From: Selaginella moellendorffii
Taxonomy: Eukaryota > Plantae > Lycopodiophyta
DNA: 64,000 nucleotides
Direction of reading: 5' to 3'
Assembly (NCBI RefSeq): GCF_000143415.4
Contig: NW_003314360.1
Span: 426,595 to 490,594 of the forward strand
Each line of letters starts with the position of its first letter. Position 1 is the first letter of the stretch. Under the pieces are notes generated by a model. It was not told the origin of the DNA, did no database searches, and saw only the letters and a list, made by a program, of their open reading frames with translations. Of this stretch, positions 35,626 to 47,642 are shown piece after piece. Made by a program: the position numbers and the translations under genes.

Positions 35626-36376
35626 GTTATGCTTATCAAATAAATGTAAATTGTCTTAATTCAAACCTATTGACAAATGTTGCAATGAGGAAAGTAGTCT
35701 CTATAAAAGACCCATGGGAGGGTCACGAAGTTGGGCCGTGGATAGAGCCCATAGCAGAAGATGCTAAAGAGACGTACTAGGGGTGAACATCCTCTGGACT
35801 TGGCAAAGAAGAGTCTTTGCTATGGAACCGAAACAATACCTCAAGGAGGGAGGTAGAGATTTAGTGTTGCTTGGTGCAACAATCAACGGATAGGAGCAAA
35901 AGATGAGTGGCCAAGATAGGGCCGTGGAATCCCTTGGAAGGAATCCAAGTGACAAAGTTAGGCGAGGAACACTAATGTGTTGGACGCTAACAAGTTGCGG
36001 GAAAGGAAGTGTGTTTCCAAGGAGGGATTCCGAAATGCTCCGATTTGGCGAAAGTGGAAGCTCCAAGGGAGGGAGCGGTAAGGTAGCCAAATGATAGGGC
36101 CATGAACAGCCCTAGCACAAAGTATGATAACTGGAACTTTGGCACGAAATAGAAGAGAGGATGATGGTGCCCTCGAGTAGAGAACTTCCTAGGATGGGAA
36201 GTGGAGTTGCACAAAAGGTGCAAGGCAAGAGGAGTTTGATATTATATTCTAATGTAGTATAATATAGATGGATATATCAGATAATTGTTTTTAAGCTGGT
36301 TTGATTGTCCTCAATAGTGGTTATCAATAAGTTATCATTGCCCACTTTTAGTAAATCTTAAAATCTTCAGCTTGTT

Positions 36377-36432
<56 letters not shown>

Positions 36433-38782
36433 TTAATACACTAATTACAATAATATAATATAATTCATAAATCATGCATTTAAAACCGAATCTAAACCCA
36501 ATTTAATATACCTATTTCTATATCCCCAATAGCATTTCTATATTGGTGGAGATAAAGGGCATTGCAAGTTGTGTTTGGAGGGCAAACTTTGGTAGTGTTT
36601 TTCTCTAGTGTTTAGAATTGTATTTTTATTTATTGGTTCCCTTATTCTTTAGATCTAAATCTATTATAACTTTTTGCCAGATCTTGGATTTTAGCTATCA
36701 AATTTATTCTTTCTTCTAATCTTCATTGCATTCCTTTTTTTTACCACATCCCATTGTCATTGATTAAGGAGTGTATATTTTATGTTATTATCTAGCAAAA
36801 ATTGCTTTTGCTAATATACCATATGTTAATCAAGTATTTAAGACATGATCTTGTTGATGCTACTCCAATCTTTAGTGTGTTGCCATCACTAGTTTATCCA
36901 ACACTTAGTTACCAATTATTTCATATGAGCTATCTTTGTCCTTTAGAACTATCCTGGCATGTAATATATGATCACAGAACTTTTGTTCTTGGTGTTTTAA
37001 TATCTTTTGCTAACATGAAGTGTGATCATCACATTGAATGAAAAGTTATAGATAATGCAATTTAGTTCTTAGAGGATATTCAAGAATTGAGTTTGTGAAG
37101 ACTTTTGTTATAAGTTTGAATGAATTCCTACTAATAAGGAATCTAAATACTCTAAGAATAACTTTCAAGACAAATTGAAGATTTTATGAATACTCCTTTT
37201 TTTACCTTTTATTTTTTTCTAGCTATTTCTTATTTCTTAATATAGTGCCCTTATATAGTGCATGTGATTATAGGATAAGATTTAGATATACTATCATCAT
37301 AGATCCTTAAAACCTTAGGGATAAATAAGGATATAATAATCATTAAAGGCTCTTTTTCCAGTTGGTTTAAGGGGAAAAAGATAAAGTGTATTTCATATAG
37401 TATTGAAGCAAATGGCATAGGTTTGATTCTCATTGGTTAGTGGCTATTTAAAATACAATATACCCTTGATTAAGGTATATTCCTACCCTTAAATTTGAAA
37501 TTATATGTGTTAGGCATCTATACATATGTTCTTCCTTTTGTGGAGTATCCACAAATGAAAGTATTTACTATGGAACTATGGTACACTAGAATAACTAATC
37601 TACAATAGAAAGATTGGTAGATTCAATATAGGGTTGTTAATCAATAGTCAATAAAGACATTGACATCTCTGAAAAATATAATCATAGGATGAGATTTAGA
37701 TATATTGTCACCATAGATTCTTAGAACCTCATTAAGCAATTGCCCCTTTTCCAATTGGCTTAAGGGGAGAAAGATAAAGTACATTATATATTACTCTTAC
37801 TATGATATACAAGACATATCCTTTCCCTTTTATAAAATATTGCTTATACTAAATCTTGGATAAAATATCCATAAAATTAGTAGCAAGCCTCAAATTAGGT
37901 TAAATGAAGAGCTAAGCCCCAAAGTTGATCTGTCCATAGGTTTTTAAAGGGCAGTGTTGTTGTCTTCATTGGGCTGATATAATTTTCCTATTGTTTATCT
38001 GAGTGGTGCTTGGTAGATGATGAGAGAGTAAGGTTTTGCACTTCAAATACAAGCTGCTTTATATTGTTGCTAGAGGCATTGTTAACACTAGGGTAATAAT
38101 TACTTGATACCATACTTTAGTCACACCTCCTCAAAGTATTGGAAGGAGCTTATGATGTGAGAGGTGCTCATGATCACAGAATACTCACCCTCAATAACAT
38201 GCCACCAATACCAGTTCAAGGATATTAAAAGTGCTATTAAGTACCAGTACAAGTCAGCTTTCATCTTCTATGTTGGTGAGGTTAGTTGCCATCAAAGACA
38301 CAAAAGACTACACACTGAGAAAAAGGTTGGATCATATCTCAAACAAAAACGTTTTAGTTCACAAATAATACAAAGATCAAGTTCTAAAACCATGTAGATT
38401 GTGGTTGTCACTTGTCAAGAAGAGACTTTGAGAGGATAAGAAACACTAGTTAGTTTTGTTTGTTCACTCTAGAGAAAAAGCTTAACAAGATAGATTGCTT
38501 AACATGAGGTAACAATTGATGCCAAATGTCAACACAATGACATTATGAATGGAGTTAGGCTGACACCAAAACTTGAATGATTGACAATTGTAATAAACTT
38601 TTTATTGAAGATATGTATTTTGTGGAGTGAAAGATAATTGAATGAAACTCATTGTTGAACCCTTTTTGCAATAAAGCAGGACCTAAAACAAATAAAATAT
38701 AAATTCATATTATTTAGATGGATGTTGAGATGAATGTGAACTTCAAAAGTCCTTTGAGTAGTAGAAACCAGACACAAAGGAT
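35626..38782 (+). repeat. AT-rich direct duplication, copy 1 (with a ~540 bp insertion at 35688-36228)
   Basis: Aligns with 40196-42307, e.g. gtcttaattcaaacct.ttgacaaatgttgcaatg, gttatcattgcccacttttagtaaat and accagacaca. Contains (AT)n at 36383-36430. Confidence 0.85.
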
Positions 38783-39579
38783 TCATTATTTATTTAATAA
38801 ATATTTTATATAGTTAATTTCTTTTTAATTTTGAAAAGCACAATTATATCTAAATGAGTTTTGAGATTAGTTACAATCACCAAAATTTATTGCTAGTTTA
38901 TTTTCTGAATTATTTATTAAATTTATTTTTGTTGCATAACTTAACTATTCATGTGTGATATTTATAATTTAGGGTTTTCAAGAAAAATTAAGTGTGATAT
39001 AAAATTTTTTATCTCTTGAATTTCAGTTTACAACTCAATAGAGCTTAATGATGAAGCAGAATTAAAGCAGCTTAATTTTTAACTTTTACATTAGTAATAA
39101 TCCCCTTCTAATGTTATGGCTATAGAATGAATAGCTCTTGAACTCTTGGGTTTCACATCATATATATAGAATAATCTTGAGTTCTAATTAGAGATAATCA
39201 AGTTATAATTTAAACTATAAACTACTAATAAACTTAAAATTACCATTTTGCATGAAATATTCTATCCATTCTATCTATCCCTTCCCTCTTATAGATTATT
39301 TCTTACTATATCTTTAATAAGTAATGGCACTATACTAAGAAATAAGATGCACATCTAAGTAGAGATAATCAAGTTATAATTTAAACTATAAACTACTCAG
39401 GTTAACTTATAATTACCACTTATAACTTATAATTACCATTTTGTATGCCATGCTTAACATTATTTTGAGTCGTGAAGTTGATAAAGTACATCTAAAGTTT
39501 TTATTTATGGTTGAAATTTCAAAGTTTTCTTACAAATATTACTTTTAACTATTGTAAGACATGATATTGATACTATTAA

Positions 39580-40023
39580 CTAATAATCACAAGTTGAAAA
39601 TAGAAGTATTGATAAGTTTGTAAGTGAGTTTGTTAATAAAAGCTCATCCCTATGCTCTATCCGTAAACTCATTGATCTATTATCTAGTATAACTTGACCT
39701 CCTGGATAAAACATATTAAGGCAATTGGTTCCTATATAATAGACAGCTTCTTTGAAGTCTTCATATGATAATGCATGGTAGACTGCAATACTAAGAAAAC
39801 AACCTAAAGAGCCAACTCGACCACTATACACCCCTGGTATATAACCATTAGTAGCAAAATTATTCCATGCTCTAGATGCACACCTACAAAACTCTTCTGT
39901 ATTAGTTCCAGTATGAAATGTTCCAATACAGCTTTCAAAGGCTCTAGTGCTGTAAGATTGTGTCATTGTATAACATGCAAAAACAATCATAATGATAGCA
40001 AAAGAGGATTTCCAGAATTCCAT
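39580..40023 (-). CDS. Orphan intronless small secreted Cys-containing protein (147 aa)
   Basis: Uninterrupted 147-codon ORF in very AT-rich DNA. Hydrophobic N-terminal signal peptide, several Cys and an internal HRDEL. Confidence 0.6.
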   Translation of the reverse strand: MEFWKSSFAIIMIVFACYTMTQSYSTRAFESCIGTFHTGTNTEEFCRCASRAWNNFATNGYIPGVYSGRVGSLGCFLSIAVYHALSYEDFKEAVYYIGTNCLNMFYPGGQVILDNRSMSLRIEHRDELLLTNSLTNLSILLFSTCDY

Positions 40024-40195
40024 AGATATATTGTAAAGAAATTTATGTGAGACAATGTTATTGGTTTATAAAAATAAAAGATAATTCAATCCTAGTTCTC
40101 TTCAATGGGATGAGTTGATAAGAAAAAAGTCTTCTATAATGATCAATAGTAAAACTACAAAAAGTCATACTCATGCATTCTAAGACAAGACTGAT

Positions 40196-40455
40196 GCTAT
40201 GCCTGTCAAATAATTGTAAATGGTCTTAATTCAAACCTGTTGACAAATGTTGCAATGCATAATATTTTAATTTTATTAGTTGAGGAGTTTGGTATTATAT
40301 ATTTTAATGTTTTTACATAATATAGTAACAGATGGATACATTAGGTAATTGTTTTTAAGTTGGTTTGGTTGTCCTCAATAGTGGTCATCAATAAGTTATC
40401 ATTGCCCACTTTTAGTAAATCCTAAAATCTTCAGCTTGTTTATTTCATATATCAA

Positions 40456-40533
<78 letters not shown>

Positions 40534-42307
40534 GTTAATACACTAATTATAATAATATAGTTATATAGATCATGCATTTAAAACTGAATCTAAACCAAAA
40601 TTAAAATACCTATTTCTATATCCCAAATAGTCATATTGATGGAGATAAAGGGCATTTCAAGTTGTGTTTGGAGGGCAAAATTTAGTAGTTTTTTGCTCTA
40701 GTGTTTAGAATTGTGTTTTTATTTATTGATTCCCTTATTTTTTAGATCTAGATATATTCTAGCTTTTTGCCAGATCTTGGATTTTTAGCTATCAAATTTA
40801 CTCTTTTTTCTAATCTTCATTATATTCCTTTTTTTTGCCAGATCCTACTGTCATAAATTGAGGAGTGTATGTTTTAGGCCATGTTGTTATGTTATTCTCA
40901 ACCAACAAAAATTGTTTTTGCTAATATGCTATATGTTAATCAAGTTTTTAGTATTGTAAGATGATCTTATTGATCCTACTCCAATCCTTAGTGTGTTGCC
41001 ATCATTAGTTTATCCAACATTTGATTACCTAACTTTGCCCCTTAAAACTATCCTGCCATGTAGTACATGATTACAAAACTTTTGTTCTTGGTGTTTTGCT
41101 TTCTCTTGCTAATGTGGAGTGTGATCATCATATCGAATGAAAAGATATAAATGATGCAATTCAGTTCTTAGAGGATATTTGAGGATTGAGTTTGTGATGA
41201 CATTGTTTACAAGTTTGAGTGAATTCCTACTAACAAAGAATTTATTTACTGAAAGGATAACTTTAGAAATAAATTAAAGATTTTATGAGGTAATTTTACC
41301 TTTAACTTACCAATATTCTTTTTTTTTACCTTTCTTTCTTTCCTTGCTATTTCTTATTTCTTAGTATATTACTTATTAAAGATTTAGTAAGCAATAATCT
41401 ATAAGAGGGAAGGGATATGTCTTGCATAGATAGAATGGATAGAATATCATGCCTCAAGTTAGTTAAGCCCTAAGGCTGATCTGTCCAAAGGTTTTTAAAG
41501 GGTTCATTATTTTTCCTATTGTTTATTTGGGTGGTGCTTGGTAGATGGTGTGAGAGTAAGGTTTTGCACTTTAGGTACAAACTGCTCTACATTGTTTCTA
41601 GAGACATTGTTAACACTTATAGCAATAGGGTAGTAGTTACTTGATACCATGCTTTAGTCACACCTCCTCAAAGTATTGGAAGGATGTGAGAGGTGCTCAT
41701 GATCATAGAATACTTCACCCTCAATAACATGCCACCAATGCCAAAGTTCTAGGATATTGAAAATGCTATTAAGTACCATTACATCAGCTTTCCTCTTCTA
41801 TGTTGGTGAGGTTAGTTGCCATCAAAGACACAAAAGACTACACACTAAGAAAAGGTTGGATCACATCTCAAACAAAAATGTTTTAGTTCACAAATAATAC
41901 AAAGATCAAGTTCTAAAACCATGTAGATTGTGGTTGTCACTTGTCAAGAAGAGACTTTAAGAGAATGAGAAACACTAATTAGTTTTGTTTGTTTACTCTA
42001 GAGAAAAAGCTTAACAACATAAATTGCTTAACATGAGGTAACAATTGATGCCAAATGCTAACACAATGATGTTATGAATGGAGTTAAGCTAACTGAAACT
42101 TGAATGATTGATAATTGTAATAAACTTTTTATTGCAAATATGTATTTTGTGGAGTGAAAGATAATTGAATGAAGCTCATTGTTAAACCCTTTTTGCAATA
42201 AAGCAGGACCTAAAACAAATAGAATATAAATTCATATTGTTTAGATGGATGTTGAAATGAATGCTTCAAAAGCCCTTTGAACAGTAGAAAACCAGACACA
42301 AAGGGAT
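40196..42307 (+). repeat. AT-rich direct duplication, copy 2
   Basis: Aligns with 35626-38782. It has a compound (CTAT)n(AT)n(GT)n microsatellite at ~40457-40510 where copy 1 has (AT)n. Confidence 0.85.
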
Positions 42308-42479
42308 ATTTAATCTATCCAGAAAATAAAAAAGTTATAATATAGTGATCTAGTACATCACTTTCATTATAAAATATATACACACAAAAACATGAAATGA
42401 AGAGAGTCATCTTTCTTAGAAACAAAAACAAATGTAATACAATAATGAGCTAACCTACACCCCTTCTAATGCTATTTAA

Positions 42480-42785
42480 GGGCTGGGCAATTCACCAAGT
42501 TAGAAACAAGGAAGATTACAAGTTCATATTCTTAGTTCACTCACTTCCTACATTTCTCAACACCATAACAAAACTACATATCACACAGATAATCATATAT
42601 ACTCATAATATGGGAACAAGAACAAAAACAATGCATAGGCAAGACAATCTTCAACAAATATGAAGAGAAGGATGCAAAATACAAAGCATCCATTGTAAAA
42701 CTTGCACACCAGTCTCACCAAAATATAATATATATAGACCTTGTAATCTTCCTTATTTCCAGCTGGGAGAATTGCCTGGATGCAG
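42480..42785. mobile_element. Possible MITE with imperfect ~50 bp terminal inverted repeats
   Basis: ggcaattcaccaagttagaaacaaggaagattacaag (~42486) versus the reverse complement of cttgtaatcttccttatttccagctgggagaattgcc (~42740-42776). Confidence 0.45.
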
Positions 42786-43031
42786 TGCATCCTTAATTGT
42801 CATTTTAGTGTGAAAAACATAGTGTTAGCTTGTGCATTTTAAAGACTATTATGTTGTCCCGATGTAAACGCGAGCTAGAACTCCAAACTCACCTCATTTA
42901 GCCAAGTGTCTTGTAGAGCTAGAATTGTAGCTCAAAGTTGCTCTCGATCAGGGGTTCTAAGGTTATCTTTCATACGAGGTGGCGAGACTAGCAAACTTAT
43001 ATAATTGTACGTGTGAACCACATAGGATTGG

Positions 43032-43819
43032 TCACTGCGACTTGATTCTTGGTTCCCAGGTCTTAAGAATCTTGCAAATGGACTCCACGGCCACTTTCTT
43101 AAACACCTAGTAACGAGGAGCGAGCATTTCGCAAAAGCCATGCCTGGAATATGATAGAAAAACGTACCAGATCTTCGTGCACCCGCCGGAACGCTTGGCA
43201 GAAACGTTCCGCCCCTTCCTTTCCTAGCTGTGTGGAGACGACGAAGATTGAGAGTTTGCAAACATGCTGGTACTCACTATCCACAGACCTTTGGCTCCGC
43301 CAGAGTTTTCACCTTCACCCAGAATGCTCCTGTCAAACTGGTGTTAAGAGAAAAGAAGAAGAAGAAGCAGAAGCTCACCGTGTGTAGTTCCCTGTGTTCC
43401 ATTCTCATCCTTGTCCTTGGATCAAGTAAGATATACTGAACTGAAATGCTTCCTTGTTTCCACATACCTTGTCCAGAGATTGCGTCGAGAGTGGCCGATC
43501 TTCTTCCTGCCAGAACAATCATAAAAATGCTAGGAAAGATGAGATATCTAGAGCAAGAGCTTTCAAGTCTCACAATGATAGAGCTGACACTTCGTGAGCA
43601 GCAAAGCGTCGCTAAAGCATGAGACATCCAATCAAGCAAGTCTCTCGACATGTCAGCAAATGCATAGCACAATGCGCGACTGCGCCCAATCCAATCGCCA
43701 AATGAGAGAAAGTGAAAGGGGGAGATCGAGATGGAGCTTACGCAGTAGTCACGGGAGCGCACGACTGGAAAGATCTGGAGAAGGCGCTGGAACTGATGAT
43801 CCTGTATCTCCTTCGCCAT
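43032..43819 (-). CDS. Conserved uncharacterised small plant protein (multi-exon)
   Basis: MAKEIQDHQFQRLLQIFPVVRSRDY ... AERFCQAFRRVHEDL|VFKKV...SQ* with GT-AG introns. Confidence 0.6.
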
Positions 43820-43895
43820 TTCTTAGGGCTACGTGACACACCCGCGGTTCGATTCCCTTCCGCGACGAACAAAGAAACTTAGGGCATCGGCGCCA

Positions 43896-45294
43896 ATGGA
43901 GGAGCTCGTGAGCGCCTATCGAGCAATGGAGGCGCCTTCGGTGATCGTATCCCTGGCCAGGTGATCCTTCTCGCGCGATAATCCATTCCAATGGGGTGAT
44001 GCTTCTCAGGGGATTTGGCGGCGGATGCTTGTCAGAGCAAGTCCAACAAGTTTTTATGGATCGGTGTGTCAAAGACGAGGTATGCGTGATCGCATTTAAT
44101 GTATGCCATGACTAAGCTCCCCTGTGTGAAAGATTTGCAGGATTTTTCCTCCAAGTTCTTCTTACATAAGAAACTGTCTTAAGCAATTTATTCTTGCTGT
44201 GGAAGCCGAGTCGAGCTGCGCTTTGGATAGCCTTTACGACGAACACGCTGCGTTGCTGTTAAGGTGAAGCAAATCGAAAACTCCATTTCATCCTTTCGTT
44301 TTTCTCATATGGTTTCTCGTGACTTTCAGGATAGAAGACGGAAACAGCATGGCCTACAAGACGTTCTCTTATGCAGTACCGGGCGAGGATAAGCGCAGTG
44401 GAACCGTGACTCTTCGCCTGTCTCTTAACATGCTCGAAGGAGGCACGGGGTTTGTCCAATGGTTTTTTCTTGAGATTTTGTTTGATCATCTGTTTCTTTA
44501 AGGTGCTTTTGCTGGCCTGCCGGAGTTTATCTGGCAGAGCTCGTTCTTTCGTATCCATGGCTGATCAAAGGCAAACGTTGTTTGGAGGTAATCCAATTTT
44601 CTAATAGTTTTGATAGATCTTTTGGAGATTCTATGTGGTATTAGCTGGGGTCCGGAGCGGGACTGGTTGGTGTCTGTCTAGCTAGGCAACAACCTTTTGA
44701 GGTTTGTGCTGTCAAATCTTCTCTCACGTTCAAACTTCAAAATCAGTTGTGCAGCTTGTTTTGACGGATGGTGACCTCTCGACCTTCGCAAATCTCAGGC
44801 ACAATCTTGAAATCAACGGAATCGTGTTGGATACAGACGAACAAGAAAAGGTTGCGCTCTTGTCTTCTTGTTTTTGTAACTTATTGTTCTAGACACAGGT
44901 CAAGTGTCGTCGCTTGGAGTGGGAGGACGCGTGTTCTACGGAACTTTATAAAGCTGATATCATGTAAGTGGTATTATAATGAGTAGTTTTCCTCGTGTTG
45001 ATTGATGGCTCCAACAGTTTGGGCGCAGATATCATCTATGACACTGCTTGTATACCACACCTTGTAAAAGTTCTTGCGCTTTTACTTCAGGCAGATGCTG
45101 GCACCGAGGCAATTCTCGCAACCGTGAAACGAAATCCCGTTACCATATCGTCATTCTGTGATGCTGCCACCCAAGCTGGTCTCGAGGTTTCGGATGTATC
45201 AAGGACAATGGTACCTCTGAAATGCTTTCAGGGCCTGGTCTCGTTTGACAATTCGGACATGCTGCTTCACAAGGTTGTTGCCAAGCCAGTTTAG
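43896..45294 (+). CDS. EEF2KMT/FAM86-like protein-lysine methyltransferase (family 16, multi-exon)
   Basis: LSLNMLEGGTG, WPAG, LGSGAGLVG (motif I), VLTDGD...NLRHNLEIN, LEW, GADIIYD. Confidence 0.85.
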
Positions 45295-45688
45295 AGCGTG
45301 ATCCCGCTTGAAAAACAAATTTTTATTCTAAAAGAGAATGAGGAAACATGAAGGTGGAAGGTACTGCAGAAGTTCCTCGCTGATCTTGTTTCTAACTCAG
45401 ACCGTAATTGCTACAGACTAAACTCATCGCAAGAACTCCGGCTCGTGCAAAGATCGTCGGGCCCAAAAGCCAGGTTTGTCATGTCAGTGGGATCCAAGTT
45501 AAGACGAAGCTAACGATTCCGTGCGTGTGTAGGTGTGTCACATATGCGTCATGAGTTCGCAGCGCCGAATGGTCACACGTCCTTGCTCGCAGTTGATCTT
45601 TGCGTTTCAGCCGACTATAAAAGCTCGTCGCTGCGATCCGACAGCAGAAGCTATTTTTCTTCCTTTTCTGACAGTCTCGAGAGAAAGG

Positions 45689-46015
45689 ATGGAGTCAGGT
45701 GCAGCTCGCGTGTCCGCACTCCTGGTGCTGCTGTTGGTGCTCGTCTCGTGGCGTGGCTCCGAATCGTGCGACGACAGCAACGCACTTGCGCAGCTCAGCG
45801 ACTGTGCCGATTACGTTCACACCGGCTCGACGACCGCCAATCCCCCGGCAGCCTGCTGCCAGGAGCTCAAAGGCATCGATATAACGTGCATGTGTGCCGC
45901 GGTCCGCAGTGGCGCTGGCGGGACTCCTCCTTCGGGACTCAACGTCACGAGGGTGCTGCTGCTTCCGTCGCAATGCGGCTTGACGCCCGTGGATTGCTCC
46001 ACCCCCAGCAACTGA
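45689..46015 (+). CDS. Non-specific lipid transfer protein (8-Cys motif)
   Basis: Signal peptide then C..C..CC..CxC..C..C (PPAACCQEL, TCMC, LPSQCGL..DC). TATAAAA at ~45616. Confidence 0.9.
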   Translation: MESGAARVSALLVLLLVLVSWRGSESCDDSNALAQLSDCADYVHTGSTTANPPAACCQELKGIDITCMCAAVRSGAGGTPPSGLNVTRVLLLPSQCGLTPVDCSTPSN

Positions 46016-47642
46016 TCGAGGTAGCAAAGTTTGTTTTTTTTTTTTTTTTTCCTTTCTGCTTTGCTCACTTACGAGTTTCACCGTGTTGGTTCTTTCTCCA
46101 GATCACACACTTGAAATAAGTGTCTTCTCCTGAAAATAAGCTCAGCAGCAGCACTTGTCCACGGGAGAGACCAAAATCCATACGTGAATCAAGTAAGAGA
46201 CATTTGCTTTTTAGAAATCTAGCGCTTTGTGTGTGTCGTCGCGTCTCGTCTCGTCTCTCTTTGTCGCTTATCATTCTTCGCATTCTTCTTCTCACTCTCA
46301 TTCGCTCGCTCGACGATTGCATCCCAATCCATGTTTGTGTGTCTGTTGCTTTCTCTCACTCTCTCTCTCTCTCTCGCTCTCGCTCTCACACTCTCTCTCA
46401 CACACTCGCTCGCTCTCTTCCATGCACGCTCTAGTCTGCTCTCGGCCAGTTATAAAAAATCTTTGTCCCTTTGACTTCATGGCGAGAGCAACAATTTCAA
46501 TGCACGAACGGCGGTGATGATCGCGCTTTGACTTTGCAACTCTGGCGCGGTGGAGCCATGGTCAACACATCCCAAAACTCTCTGTTGTTTTGGATAGAAA
46601 TCGATGCGTAGCATTTGACTTTGCAATGGCGTGGAAGGTGGCGGTGGTGACAAACTTGGAGAACCCTAGTGTGCGGCGCTAGCGCCTAGGCTTTTTCACA
46701 AGCACCCAAAAGAATCTTTAGGCATTGACTCTTCCCTTTGATTCAATCGATTCAATCAAACAAAAGTATTTTCTCGCTATCTTTCAGTTCTAAGTATGGG
46801 GAAAAGGTGGTGAGTCGTGAGTGAGTTCTCATAAGTTCTGTGTTATGAGATCTTTGTTTTTGATCGACACAAAGCAAACCATACAAACTATGTAGGTAGT
46901 AAAAGAAGAGTTCTTTATTTTTGCATCGCGAGACGTAAACAACGCCGCACGAGCGTGGAATTTTGTCTAAACCGCCAGCATTTATAACCCCGCGCCATTA
47001 AATCCTGGCCGTCACCTCCTTAATCTCCACACATCCTGCGGTTGCAACCACCCCACGTGGGTGTTATTCCCTTTACCCCCTTGTATTATCACTTTATTGA
47101 CGTGCACGACGAGCCATCGCGCCCGTCAAGCCCGTCTCCCTCTTCTCTCTTTTCTTTTGCCATCGCCATTGCCATAGCCGGAAGGAAAGCAGTGAAAGAA
47201 AAGAATTAACGCCGCGGTCTTGTGCCCAAAGCTCACTCACAGCTGTGGAGCATTTGTTGGAGCGCGCTGTCTCGCGACAGATCTCTCGGATCTTTGTCCC
47301 AATTCTCCATCCCGGTCGCGTTTTCCAGCGGCGTTTCGGAGGGCGGCGCGGGAGCTCTCAAATCGGCGGGCATTCCTCTCATCTCACAGGTTCTTGTCTT
47401 CGCTAGCCTTGCTCGCCCAGAATCAAGGAAAGCGAAGAAGCTGGGAGGAGCGAATTGGGTCTATCCATGAAAACAGGCACCAGGGGGAATCTGGCTTGGG
47501 TGGTCGGCTGCTAGGAGGTGTTTGTCAAGTGGGTTGTGGCCGGAATTGGAGATGGAGCTCCCAGATCGCAGGAGAGATTGATAGGTCGGCCAAAGTGGAG
47601 GTGGGTTTTCGCGGCTTGGTTGCTTGGCTCCACACAGACCCT

